A DNA stretch of 62,628 nucleotides, the filler included, from Choristocarpus tenellus KU-1152 (taxonomy: Eukaryota; Protista; Phaeophyceae), in the NCBI GenBank assembly GCA_964200185.2. It is 10 parts of 10 records of this genome, joined end to end, with 100 filler letters (N's around TTAATTAATTAA, not from the genome) between each part and the next. Parts side by side here need not be neighbours in the genome. Positions count along the whole stretch, not along the records: positions 24,266 to 34,515 come from CAXNAD020003041.1; positions 34,616 to 37,819 come from CAXNAD020021568.1; positions 37,920 to 40,587 come from CAXNAD020025803.1; 7 more parts are not named here. One strand, given 5' to 3'. The position numbers and the translations under genes are program-made. Positions 25,691 through 38,509 of this stretch are shown piece by piece (the first letter of the stretch is position 1; every line of letters starts with the position of its first letter). Below the pieces are notes generated by a model. The model did not search any database and was not told the origin of the DNA. It worked only from the letters and a program-made list of their open reading frames with translations.

Positions 25691-26977
25691 GACTTCAATG
25701 CTGGCATTGTGCCTAAAACAGCAGCTAGACCAACCCAAGTAGACCAGGGCACGTGCATACTCACTACCACTACTGGCTGTTGAACGTTGCTTTCTTCTAT
25801 GGTTTCTTTCCATTGGGTTGATCATTCTTGCATCCCTTTCTTGTTGTTGTCTGACATATAATGAGTGGTGTTTCGATGGATGGATAGACTATCAAACTTG
25901 GTTTTTCTATTCCCCTTGCCCTCAATAGAACCTGGCGATGCTGATGACACAAACTACATACTAGCCCGGCTATTGGGCGCTAGTATGTGGTTCCTGAGTC
26001 TTCTTGGTAGCCCTTCTTGACTACATTTTGGGGGTTTTCTCTTTCTTTTCATGCTTCCTTTCGAAATTTATGTTTCTGCGATTTTTTTTTTTTCATCATA
26101 TAATATCATATATAGAAGGGCACCCAAGATAAATCCAGGCCCAACGTTTATATCCAATAGCTGGGACAGCATATCATTAGCGCCATCCAACATCACTAGG
26201 TTTTACAGGACCATTGTCTGCTCAGATGCTACCTTGGGGATGATTTTTTCTGGGGTTCTTTTTTTTCTTTCCCTTTTATTTCCTTCGTATAATATTCGAC
26301 GAATCACGCCTTTTCGACCTCAATAGATTTTATATGAATTAAGTATATTTATGGGTGTTCGCGCATTAACATATAAGTTACTTTTTCTTCATTCTTGTGC
26401 TCTTCTATTTTCTTCAATAGTACGAATTATTTTTCTAAGGGAGTAGTGTACGTTGCCTCCCTTAGAGTACCTTTTTGGTCATGGGTCTTTGACCACTCAG
26501 ACTAATTTGAATAATGACAATAGATAGCAATTTTGCAAAAAGTAGAAAAGTAAAGTACAATATGTAACCAAGACATTGGCGATGGGGGCTTCTGCTCAGA
26601 AGAATTGAGGAAAGGTGGATCAGTATAACGCCATAAATTATATCATCAGTATATCGCCAATCATCCATACCGCCACAATCTCGTTCACAGTCATGCTGTT
26701 CTGGCGACCCCCTATCACCTCTATATTTCTTCTTGGATCTGAACACCACTCATCACAAATCAATCACACAAAGGAAAATCAATGCAAGAATTATCAAACC
26801 CAGAAGAAACAATGAGAAAATCACCTTTGAACTGGCAGCGGTGAGTGGTCGTATGCCCCGATCTGCTTGGAATACTTCACCTCCTTCAGCATGACATGGA
26901 CCAGATATCACATGTTGATTTTCTGAAATGGTTTAATAACTACGTTCTGTGGACTACAGTGCTGTCCTTTAAGCGGT

Positions 26978-27049
26978 GACTCTGTGGCGCAATGGTAGCG
27001 CGTCAGATTCCAGACCTGAAGGTTGCGAGTTCGAATCTCGTCAGGGTCA
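26978..27049 (+). tRNA. tRNA-Trp (anticodon CCA), intronless
   Basis: 72-nt cloverleaf: acceptor GACTCTG/CAGGGTC + A73; D-arm GCGC/GCGC with TGG A-box; anticodon loop TTCCAGA (CCA at 27010-27012); T-arm GCGAG-TTCGAAT-CTCGT. Confidence 0.96.
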
Positions 27050-27058
27050 TTTTATTTT
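27050..27058 (+). terminator. RNA polymerase III oligo-T terminator of the tRNA-Trp gene
   Basis: T-runs immediately after the discriminator base. Confidence 0.75.
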
Positions 27059-29960
27059 GGTGATCATGTGTGCGTATGCGACCAATGGTAATGTAATATG
27101 TAAGTTATTTTTCAATATTCAATTTTTGGCAAGATCTGGGGTTGTGTATAGATATGTGCTGTTTTTATGTGTTGCAAATTAGTTTAAGGGACCCTCTCCA
27201 TCATCTTATTTGTAAATCAAATACAAATTAGTATACAACAGGTAGGTATGTGCACAACCTTGTCTTCTTGGTGCTTGCCACATGGATTTGGGATTATCGA
27301 AACCAGATCGTAATGTAAATGAGGAAGTTTGGCAGGGTCATTATATTTTGAAAATCTCCAGGTATATTTTACGGATTGCAGTATATTACATACATTATTG
27401 TCTATCATTATTTCATTGGAGTCTGGTTTCGATAATACCCACCATTTGTGGTAAGCACTGAAGGTTGTGTGGATGCATATACATTTATATGTAGTGCCTT
27501 ATGTTCATGCGGGGAACGCTCTTCATAAACAACTGAGCAAAGACTGACTTTTGGACAAATATTATGGTACACAATAGAGAGGGGTATCCACAACCTGTGT
27601 AATCCTTACCACTTCGATTTTGGATTGTAGAATCCAGATCACAATGTAACGAAAGAAATTTTGGCGTTGCTATTTTTCCCTCTTTGTAGATAATCAGGGA
27701 GAGATTCAAAACAAAAATGACGCTGACAAGGTACAAGCCAGAGCCTCTACATCTGAAATTTGACTCGCTATCAGTGCACAACACAGTTATTGTATGATAA
27801 GATGCGGCAGATATCAGAGAACGTGTGCATCACCAGCAAGCTAGAAAAGCAATATGTGATGCCTGCCGTACGCCTTCTAGTTTCGAACTTAGACCGTCCT
27901 TCTGGACAGTGGAGGCTTTTTACTGCATGAATTTCACGTGCTGAACTCCACTGCGACAGACATAAATGGAAATCTTGTTTCAATTATCCAAAGTTCATGT
28001 GGCAAGCAGAGCATTGCGGAGAGCACACCTTAATTTTTATTTTCCTATCTCTTCTTATACCACAAAATGTGCAAGACAAAACGAACTGGCAAGGCTTCAT
28101 TTTGAAGCGACACCAAGACAGGTTCGGCACAAGGTTCGAGGGAGGAGGTGGACAAACGAGTGGTGGGATGGATGAACCCAACGTGCAAGGAGAAAGGAAG
28201 GCTTGAACGGAAGCCATGCAATTTGTCCCGGTGCAACAAGCTGCTTTCAGTAGATAGTATGACAAGTAGGGTAGTTTATAGTGCCTCTAAGCCCAGTTAG
28301 GGATAGTCCACAGGTAAAAGTAGTGACGACAAGAAACAATTGCAATAAAATTAATTTTTATAACAATATCCATGTATGTATTGAATGTACTGAGTTTATC
28401 AACGTTCTATGTCTTGAGCTGTCCTTGGTTAGGGATTTGGTATGGACAGGTAGGGACCAAATTGCCACAGTGGTCGTGTTGAGTGACTGGCGTCTCAGTG
28501 AAGTGGCCCTTGATAAAATGCGGCCATTGAGAAGTACTACTGGGCCTATTTTCATCAGGAATTCTATATACAATGATCACCATCTTGTACATTCATATGG
28601 CTTCTTACCAAAGAGTATGTTTTTCTTCATTGCCAAGGACCCAAAACATGTCACCTGATAGGGTTTTGGTTAGCAACCAACCGTATGTCCAAATCACGAC
28701 TTGCTCTGAATGGTGGTATTAAGGCATACTTGACCATTCGTGATATTTTGAAGTTTAAACGGGCTAACATCATTCAGAACAATGGTTTTCTCTACCAATT
28801 CAAGTTACGGAGGAGAGTATCCGATTGTGGTAGTCTAAACCAAGTGACACTACCAATCAAACATTTGCACAAGGTTACTGAGAATATATTGTGTAGTTTA
28901 GAGGAGTTTTCACAATAGGCAGTCGACTTCAAGGCCGGGTCATCCCAAGTCGAAATGCGATGTCTTGTTGACTGGTTGGCACAAATAAATATGTCCAGTT
29001 CAAGGCAGGTGCCATACTTGAAGTTGGCACACCCTCTAGAGGGAATGATCAGAAGAGTCCTGTAATGGCTTGAGAAAACGCAATATAACCATGTACAATG
29101 CAGTATAGTCCACATATGTGTTAATGGCTTCTTATTTGTTGCTTAAGGATAAGTCGCCGATATCTTATCTCTCCTCTATGTCAGCACTATCGAAATATCA
29201 AAATGCTGATATCCCAATGTACTGGAATGATGATGCCCACAAAATGAGTGGGGTCTTTGCGCACATCACTCTTGGCTTTAGGCTGATGTACCCCGTTTCA
29301 CACCAACAATGCCATTAAATAGCAATATGCGCTTCTAAGTCATTGCTGTTTTGTGATCTCGAGCCTTAAAGGTATACGGTTAGCTCTTGCCCTTGATATT
29401 GATGTATTAAGTGTGTGTGGACTCTATACCATGCACCAAATATATTGGGGTTTCGACATGTGTTGGAAGGAATTCCTAGAAGGCAAGACTTTAGAAATGT
29501 TTATATCTGCTGGCCAAGTCAACACTTGACATAATCTTTCTTGTTATGGCATTTCTACAACCTTGCCAATTGTCTGACTAATATGGCCCTTCATTTTGGA
29601 ATGAAGTCAAGAACAACATATGTACCAAACCAAAATTCTTAAATTTAGTCCAGGGACTATCCCAACCCATGGTCAAACACACATTCCGCTACTTTTCCTA
29701 CTAACTGCTGTAATGTTGAACTACAACCTATTGCACTGACTCCGTTCAAGCCTTGCTGCTCTTGCGCTGAGTTCAGTCATCCCATCACTCTTCACTCCTT
29801 TTCCTTCCTCAAATCTTTTGCTGGACCTGGCTCAGTGTTGCTCAGAGATGAAGCCTTGCCACCTGGTTCTTGGTCCAACATTTTTGTAATATGTAGACGA
29901 ATAGGATAGTTTAGAACAGTTTAAACATTGTCTTCACCTTAGTTTGGGGACATCCTGACC

Positions 29961-30274
29961 TGCGGTTAGAGACACCATATAATGCACTTCTTCTCCCACC
30001 AACTACTCTGTCTAATTTTTGCATCACGACAAATTATTCTGCCTCGGTACATGGGTTAAGCCATCTTGCGGTTAGAGACACCATATAATGCACTTCTTCT
30101 CCCACCAAGTACTCTGTCTAATTTTTGCATCACGACAAATTATTCTGCCTCGGTACATGGGATAAGCCATCTTGCGGTTAGAGACACCATATAATGCACT
30201 TCTTCTCCCACCAACTACTCTGTCTAATTTTTGCATCACGACAAATTATTCTGCCTCGGTACATGGGTTAAGCC
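29961..30274. repeat. 106-bp tandem repeat, ~3 near-identical copies
   Basis: Unit begins GCGGTTAGAGACACCATATAATG at 29962, 30068 and 30174. Confidence 0.95.
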
Positions 30275-32887
30275 TAAGCCATCCTACCACTCAGTGCTCT
30301 ACCTTTTGTGTTGAATCTTGTGCTGGACCCACCTCACCATCACATGACAATAGAGTCTACCACCTGATCTTTGATCCGGATTTTCTTAAGCAACAGGTAG
30401 GGTAGTACAGATGCACAATCCGCACCTTTTGCCATGTGGACGTTGGATAATCGAGGCTAGACTTTCATGAAGTAAGTTTTGGTGTCGATGGGGATCGAGC
30501 TCACGAGATGAATGCAGAGATCCTCTGGTGTTAATAAGAAAGTTCACAACTACGTACCAATTGACTCAACCAGGTTTGGATTTTGTATTTGCAATATGGA
30601 CTTGGATAATCGAGGATACATTTCCATTAAAAGAGGTTTGGCATCAGTAGGCTTTGAACCTGGGAAATCCATGCAGCGAACAACGAGCATAACCACTGAT
30701 TTTATCATTCAAGAGGATCCCCAGAAGATGGAAAGATTATTTCTATCCCACTACTTACTCCGTCCTAAGGAAGTGCTTTACACACACCTTCAGCTAGTCT
30801 CCCATGCCTCGCGTGATTTGCTCATCGTCGTGCGCAATCTGTCATTATTGAGGTGGGTCACCTATAATATTAATCACCAGGAAAAGAATGACTACTAACA
30901 GATCTCACCTCTACTGCAACTTAAACCTACTGCACCCACACTAGTCCCCCATTTAGTCTGCACATTTACCCATGTATGCAACAACATTCTATAGGTTGGA
31001 CAGTTCCTTCATTAACAGGGACCGCGCAGGGAATGTATAGTCAGGATCATTTTGTTCAATACTGCAATCAATCTTCACCCTACAGGGTATGCAACACCCC
31101 AATGAACTGTGGTCATGACAGATCCTCCTACCCTGCCAATTTTCCACAAGGAACCCCGTGATACCTTGTCCTGCACACAATCACCTTGTCGAAGAAGTGC
31201 TTCACAGGATGTATCCATTGTATGCCACTCGGTAGAGTCTTTGTTAGCAATCCATCATATGTCGGAACTTTCTGAATAGTGTTGAATCTCAGGGGTGGAT
31301 CGAGTGCCGTCTGTGTTTTGGGATGCGCTTTCCAGAGCCACGACTTTTATTCTGAAGTGGAACTCGAGCCTGCTACAAAAATGAACACCAAAAGACCCAT
31401 CCCCAACACAACAAGAAATAATTTTTGTTGGGGCATCCTCACAACTTAGTGGATAAATATCATTCCTCCTGTGAAGGTATATATTCAATCCGGTTCAAAC
31501 GTGATCCTTACAGAATTCGTCTTTTGATGGAATCTAAAGTATTGTTACGGTGGACTAGTTCCCTACGTAACAGGTGAGCCACTTTAAGGGATGGTCATTC
31601 CAAGCCAAAAAAGCATGCCTATTGCAGCGCCTAGTTTACTCAACCAGTTGGGATGATGTAGTGGGTTCAATACTCAGTACGTGCAGGCTGAAGATGATGC
31701 CCAGACAGTCTAGAATTTCTCACTTAATAGCTTACTTTGACTGTCTTCGTTCATAGATACAAAATTAGACTGACTAGGATTATCAGATGGGAGCTTTATG
31801 GCGAAATACATCTGAAGCCTGTAAGTCCAATACATGCATATGATGATGAACTGATCTGATAATCACCCGGCAGAAAATTGAGTAATAACACCCCCCCCAG
31901 TGTATATGAAGTGCATATCGCTGCTTCACTACCATCATCAGGCAATTTGAACTATGTTGGGAATCCAGTGGAGGAGGAACCTGGTGAAAAAAATCTTCCA
32001 ACACCTCAAAAATAATATGCTAGGGTGAACCATGCAGCTCACGGAACTCACTCTACATTTGACCTTGTGTTAAGTGAAAAGTCCAACACAACGCATTCCA
32101 ACATACTATCTGAAGGAGGCCATTCTTCAATACCATTTTTTTGCAGCAAGTGGGCCTAATATATGTAGACTCTTCCTTCAACACAAAGAACATTAAACAA
32201 ACAAAAAAAAATCCATAAACACACAAAAAATAGTGCTTTCATACGAAGACTTGTCACTTCACGCAACAACACTAACAAAAATGTACAATAGACACCTAAG
32301 ACAAGGTACGTTCATACGAAGACTTGTCCCTTCGAGGAGAAAACAACACAAATGGAACTATAGATATACCCATAATCAAGCGAAAATAGGGTTATGTCCT
32401 AGGAACACTTATACCTCAAAAACGAGCACATTAATAACAATAATATGAAAGGTCACATAAGCATGCAAAATAGGGTACCGTCCACGAAAGACTTTATCCA
32501 TAATCCAAGCATGCACAGTACAAATACCTTCTAGCTATGATACCGCATTATTAATCATAAAGCCCTTTTGTTGCTAATCCTGATGTGACAATACTTCACT
32601 CTCTTGCCATAACAAGCATGCTGCACTTGTTCGCGTTTTGATGCTCTTGATCGCATCTGTAATAGGCCAGGCATCTCTAACTTGTCAAACCCTTTCAAAT
32701 CTTCATCTGGAGGTACTTCCCCAGAGGTAAGCGATCTCCTCTCCTTTCTCGGGGTGTCACACCTTCTTGACAGAGGTACCCATGGAAAACAGGCAGTGCA
32801 CATCTACTCGGAGAAAGAGGTTCGATAAAGGAGGAGTACTCATTGAGTACAACTCATTTTAGGTCAGTGAAGGAGTATCTTTGATCC

Positions 32888-33145
32888 GAGTGAAAGTATC
32901 CTAGAGGGCACGAGTTTTGCCCTGTTTGTCCATTTGGGGCTTGACTTCCCATGGGTTTGTTTATGACATTTCCTACCCCAAAATGTTTCGGAGTAGGTAA
33001 AATGTGTATGTTATGAACGGTATGTCGGAAACATAGATATTGACACTCCTAAAAAACATGATAGCCAAAATTACATCAAAATCGAAACATTGGGTTTTGA
33101 CTCCCAAATGGACGCGGCTCTACCCTCTAAAAGATACTTTGGCTC
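32888..33145. mobile_element. MITE family B (~257 bp), complete with 4-bp TSD ATCC
   Basis: ATCC-GAGTGAAAGTATCCTAGAGGG...TACCCTCTAAAAGATACTTTGGCTC-ATCC; near-identical to 34270-34515. Confidence 0.92.
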
Positions 33146-33166
33146 ATCCAAACAATGTTTTCATCA

Positions 33167-33413
33167 AACCCATAGTATCTTAGAGGGTGTGTGTGTTTAG
33201 GACAAGTTGTCCATTCGGAGCTTGATGGGGTGTTGTAAGATGCCTCAGTTTGATGCCCGTTTTGCAAGTGTTTTCCTTCAGATTTGGAGAAGGATGGAAA
33301 TGGAAGGTGCGCTCAGATGAAGGAAATTGCTCTTACATCTGACACGTTCAACCAGATCATATGAAAGTCATTGTAGGTTTACACAGGCCCCGAATGGACA
33401 CTTGACCCCCTAT
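33167..33413. mobile_element. MITE family C (left TIR plus body); a matching right end lies at ~37960-38035
   Basis: AACCCATAGTATCTTAGAGGG is the reverse complement of CCCTCTAGGATACTATGGGTC (~38015-38035); internal TGTCCATTC/GAATGGACA; 33355-33405 resembles 37959-38010. Confidence 0.65.
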
Positions 33414-33851
33414 CGGTAATCATTTCGTCTATTTGAAGTATCCAGATTTCATTATGTTATCTTGTTGAACTTCTTTTGCTCATTTGGTGCACTGGTTTGA
33501 AATGCATTTGAGATTAAGTTTGTAGTAAACATTTATTTCGTATTTGGTAAATAAGGTGATGTCAAAACTCTGCCACATCATCAGCAAGTCACTTCCTTAG
33601 TGAATCCAAATAAGTAGGCAATGGTTTCTCAAGGGCTAAGAGTGAAAGCATCCTAGACAGGGGTATACATGTATATGTGAGATATTAATTTACATAGTCT
33701 AAGAAGTAGATACATACCTATATACTCCGGAGTATGAAAATGATACAATCACACTTCACCGTGATGCTCCATGCTAGCATTACCCTAGATCATTGAACCA
33801 TACTCAGCCCACGCTGCCTGTTATCTAGGACAACATTCTAAGGTCAGTTGT

Positions 33852-34031
33852 GACCCAAAGTATCTGTGGGGAAGGGGGGGGTCTACACCAGGGTGTCCAT
33901 TTGGGTCATGAACAGGAAAAGTGCACTTACAATGTCTATTCAACGTATGCAACCAAATCACACAAAAATCGCGACATGAAAAATTGACCCCAAATGGACA
34001 GTCGCCACCACCCCCCCAGATACTTTCAGCC
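33852..34031. mobile_element. MITE family A, complete
   Basis: TIRs GACCCAAAGTATCTG / CAGATACTTTCAGCC; flanks TTGT and TTGC (3/4 match, likely an eroded 4-bp TSD). Confidence 0.88.
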
Positions 34032-34269
34032 TTGCTCTACAATGTATACCGTCCACATAGCATCATGCTCTGAGTCCGTATGCTCTACGAGCTTGTGCTT
34101 ACATGTTTGTCATCAGGGCAATGCTCAGCACCTTTTACTATGTAAAGCATGTTGTTCACCAAAGGCTCGAGCCCCTTTGCACTATGAAATATGTTGTCCA
34201 AGACAACACCCCATGACCATTTGCTCAATATCGATTTTTCAAGTTTTACCTTGAATTCTTCAAAGAGGT

Positions 34270-34515
34270 GAGTGAAAGTATCCTAGAGGGCACGAGTTTT
34301 GCCCTGTTTGCCCATTTGGGGCTTGACTTCCCATGGGTTTGTTTATGACATTTTCCTACCCCAAATTGTTTCGGAGTAGGTAAAATGTGTATGTTATGAA
34401 CGGTATGTCGGAAACATAGATACTGACATTTCCTAACAAACATGATAGCCAAAATTACATCAAAATCGAAACATTGGGTTTTGACCCCCAAATGGACGCG
34501 GCTCTACCCTCTAAG
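34270..34515. mobile_element. MITE family B, right end cut by gap
   Basis: Begins GAGTGAAAGTATCCTAGAGGGCACGAG, ends GCTCTACCCTCTAAG at the gap; left flank AGGT. Confidence 0.9.
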
Positions 34516-35619
34516 NNNNNNNNNNNNNNNNNNNNNNNNNNNNNNNNNNNNNNNNNNNNTTAATTAATTAANNNNNNNNNNNNNNNNNNNNNNNNNNNNN
34601 NNNNNNNNNNNNNNNCTGGAGCGAGTGGTGTGTGTAAGTGTCTTGATTAAGTGAGGTGGGCTCAGAGTAATTGGCACTTATGGAATGGAAGGTTTGATGA
34701 GTCAGATGTTAACTTTCACTCAAGCGTGGGGGTGTCTTGTGAGCTGTGATCGTTCTTGTATTTGAGTTCTATGTTTTTGTACATTGATTGACAAGGTTAC
34801 GTGTAGTCTCACGTATCGCAGGCGAAGAGTGCTAGTTCAAAAAAGTAATTTGAATTTATTCAGGTAGAATGAGGTGTCTGTTCTCTCCTGTATGTTTGCA
34901 GTTGGGTTTTTGTCACATAGGTGTGTGTCTTGCGATGTATGCTTAGTGATTGATGTGTACTAGGTTGGCACATACTAATTGGTCTTTCAGAAGGTCAAGT
35001 TGGTCAGATTTGTGCTCTTTATGTGTTGTAAACTTGTCCATGTGAAAGAATGAGCGTACTAGTCTGCCCTGTGCTGCTGAACAGTACAATTTCTTGCTTG
35101 TTTTGGTCTGGTGAGCTTGGTGGTACTATAGTACACAGATAATGTAATTGTTGGAACTTTGTCTTCATTTTTTTAGAGAACTGAGTAGGATAAGAAGTAG
35201 TAAGATGTTATGTAGGTGAATTATTTTGAGCAGACCATACGGTGATCATTCAATTAGGCGTCTCACTTTGATGTCGATCATTATTTTTTTTCACTCTCAA
35301 AATATTTTCAGTGACCAATCAAAAAGGAAGCTGTCCATATTCTGACTTTTTCAACTCGTTATAATTAGTAGTTATTGCTAGATGCTAAGTGGTGGGTATT
35401 TGTAACTTTAGACACCCCAACCCCCCCTTTCACTTCTACTTCTAGTTCAACCATTTTTCCAAACATTGAGAGATCGAGAGAGTGATTGGCCTAGAATATG
35501 ATTATGATTTGTTTGGTTTTATGCTGTCGAACAGGGCCCTGACTTGTGATAGTTATCTTTTTTCAGATCTTCCTCTTAGTCACTTTGGAAGGTTGAAGTT
35601 ACACACAGACCCCACAGTT

Positions 35620-35650
<31 letters not shown>

Positions 35651-35875
35651 TCCATGCATGCATGCATGTGCTTTAGCTAGGTGTGTTCCTGCTGCATAGG
35701 CAGGCATAGACCCCCCTGCCACAGCCCATCTCCACTTCCTGAGGCACAGTCCCACCCTGCCACAGCCCATTTCCCTTTTTCTTCCCGTGCTGCTGGAGCA
35801 CTGTGGCCGCTAGTTAGTGAGGTCTTTCCTCTTTTTCCTCCAAACACAGCCCACAAACCTCCCATCTGTGCCATG

Positions 35876-35992
35876 TTATGCTGGAGCACTGCAGCTCCCA
35901 GCTTGCGGATCTCCGCTTTTCCCAAAGCACAGCTCCCCCGAGTTTACCCAGGTTAACCTCCCCTCTGCTTGTTTCCTCACCATGTAACCTAC
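35876..35992 (-). CDS. Possible terminal exon of an unknown gene
   Basis: GCAG acceptor followed by open frame VGYMVRKQAEGRLTWVNSGELCFGKSGDPQAGSCSAPA*; GC-richer than flanks; no homology recognised. Confidence 0.3.
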   Translation of the reverse strand, partial: VGYMVRKQAEGRLTWVNSGELCFGKSGDPQAGSCSAPA

Positions 35993-36357
35993 CTGCGCAT
36001 AGTGTGTGTGTATGAGAGGCTTGATGTGTGTTATCCTGGTGACGGAATGTCGACAGTACTTAATTATTGCAAGTGAGACACGGGATTACTTGCAAGGGCA
36101 ATCGCTAGGCAGCAATGTTCCAAAGTGTTTGTCTGAGTGAGTATAATTTGTACTACTAGTATTTACTTAGAAGATGGGTGGAAACCTGGAGACAGAGGAC
36201 AACGTAAGTGATGATAGACACTGTTGTTGTGAGGGACAAAAAACTTGACAATTGAAGTCAGAGGACAAGAAAAAAAAGAATGACCAAACAAACTTTTTAC
36301 AGCTGTTGTTTCCAGATGTCAGAAATAAAACTACAAAAAGTAGTTACGCATATATTT

Positions 36358-36808
36358 ATTATTATTCCCTCTGACATTTTCCAGATGTATCAGGGGAAGA
36401 ACTAGTGAAAACTATTCACATGTCAGAAAAGTCCCCCCGCAAAAATTCGCAGTTGTCGTAAAATGTTAAAGACTTTAATCTATTTACTACTAGCTACGCT
36501 GAACCACTTCCTTTCTGTGGCTCCAACCTAGCTTAGTCGTGTACCCCAGGGTGAGGAGGTTGGGAATCATCCCAAGAATCTAAAATATTTGATTATTATT
36601 AGTGGCAGATGTGTCAGGAGAAAAATAAATGAAAACTATTCACATGTCAGAAAAATTCCTGAAAAATAACATTTGTCATAAATATGAAAACATCCATCTA
36701 TTTACTATTTTACTACCAGCTATGTTATACCACTGCCTTGCTCCACCTCCAACCTAGCTTAGTCCTTTAACCACGGTGAGGAGCTAGGGAAGCACCCCAA
36801 GAATCTAA
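36358..36808. repeat. Diverged tandem duplication (~225-bp unit) with a dispersed relative at ~15570-15680
   Basis: Both units contain CAGATGT.TCAGG, GAAAACTATTCACATGTCAGAAAA, CTCCAACCTAGCTTAGTC and CCCAAGAATCTAA; ~15572 carries ATTTTGCAGATGTATCAAGGGGAAGA...TTGTCGTAAA. Confidence 0.8.
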
Positions 36809-38509
36809 CAAGCCCATCCTTACCCATGTCCCTGGTGTCTACAACTTAAATCAGTAATAATTCAACAACAAATGAATTCTATCTTCAGATTTTACCAAAA
36901 CGTTTTAAGAATTAAATAATTTTTTAAGGAAGGTAATGGAAGATTTTTTTTGGTATGAAACTATTGATGGAATTTATTTGCGAAAATAAGGAAAAAAGTA
37001 TGTTTGCTGTACGTTCTTGTGAGGTATAGATAGCACCACATTAACAATAATAGAGAGCATGGCCTACCATAATCCCACCTCTATCGTTTATGTGCAATGA
37101 TTAGGGTGTGGATCCTGCACTTCCTATGGAAAACGTTGTGCACTTGTAGGCAGGAAGGACGATGAAGGGAAGTCTTACCCCCATTAGCCCAAATAGAACT
37201 TGGACGACGCCCCAAATGATCCATTTTGAATGCAGGAAGTAAGTCAGGTTGCAAGATTAGTTTTGTTGAAAAGATTGCCATCAAATCCAAATTTCTGCCG
37301 TTTCGCCAAGAAGAACCCCATCGCGCTTTTGGAACAATGAGTGAGAACAGAGGAGGAAACAGTCCCAGGTTGTCAATGACCACAGTTCACCAAAGATACT
37401 GAGTGCAAACCAATTCAAATATCCCTGAGGGATGGATACTCGCCTGGGCAGTGTGTGGCACAAGGTGCAAGGGAAGGCAAATACCCTCAAATGATGCTCG
37501 TGGGTATGGCAATGGGAAAGTGAAGAGATGGTACATGTTGCTATCCTGCAATGTAGGGTGCAACAACAACCCCCACCCAATAGAAACTTCTATATATAAT
37601 TATCTTCATATGGGGGTTCATTGGGATGTCTAGGACGAGGGCCCCCCGTCATTCAAGCAACTGTTGCCCGTCATTCCCAATTCTTCTACCCAGAAGTTTG
37701 TTCGGGGTCCAGACTTTAACACCCTGACGAAGAACAGGACGGTGGTGTGATGCCTGGAGGCAAGAGGGCCCCATGGTTAAGGCGACTATACCATGCATGA
37801 ATTTCGTGGGTTGAAACCCNNNNNNNNNNNNNNNNNNNNNNNNNNNNNNNNNNNNNNNNNNNNTTAATTAATTAANNNNNNNNNNNNNNNNNNNNNNNNN
37901 NNNNNNNNNNNNNNNNNNNGGTGTAGCCCCCCCCCCCCCCCCCCCCAGATACTTCGTGTGATCAGACGCAAATCACTACAGGATCACAAAGGCCCCAATT
38001 GAACGCCTTGCCAGCCCTCTAGGATACTATGGGTCAGTAGGGGATACTACTAAAACCCACAATTCCAACGGTTCAGTATTCAACACACATCCAGCATGGA
38101 GGTAATTTAAAGAAAATAACAACATATGGTTGACTGCGTCACCATCACATTTCAAATTTGTGCTGCTGAACTTCAACCCCACCTCACCCTCTGCACGTCA
38201 TACGCATTGCTCCTATAGTGAGGGTTGAGGTTATCCTTTGAAGTTGTTATGGAAGTAGAGGGGGTTTGTGTGCATCGTTTTCATTGTTGTCCCATGGAAA
38301 TTCAGCACCCACTCCCTTCCTGCCACTCATTCCTTAGTCTTGTTTTTTCATTTTAGTGACCTTTCACACCAATTGAATAGGACATCCATCACATTGAGCT
38401 ATAACATCATTCCTCTCTCCCCTATCTCCCTTACCCCTTCGGCCACCCTACCTCCTGCCCCCTGCCCCCGCCCCCCGCAACTCCACTTCACACATTTTGC
38501 AAGCCTCAC

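Noticed and set aside
27200-32800. Many short ORFs in a gene-poor contig, considered as a viral or TE relic
   Set aside because: No recognisable motifs or consistent splice pattern; cannot be supported without a database search.
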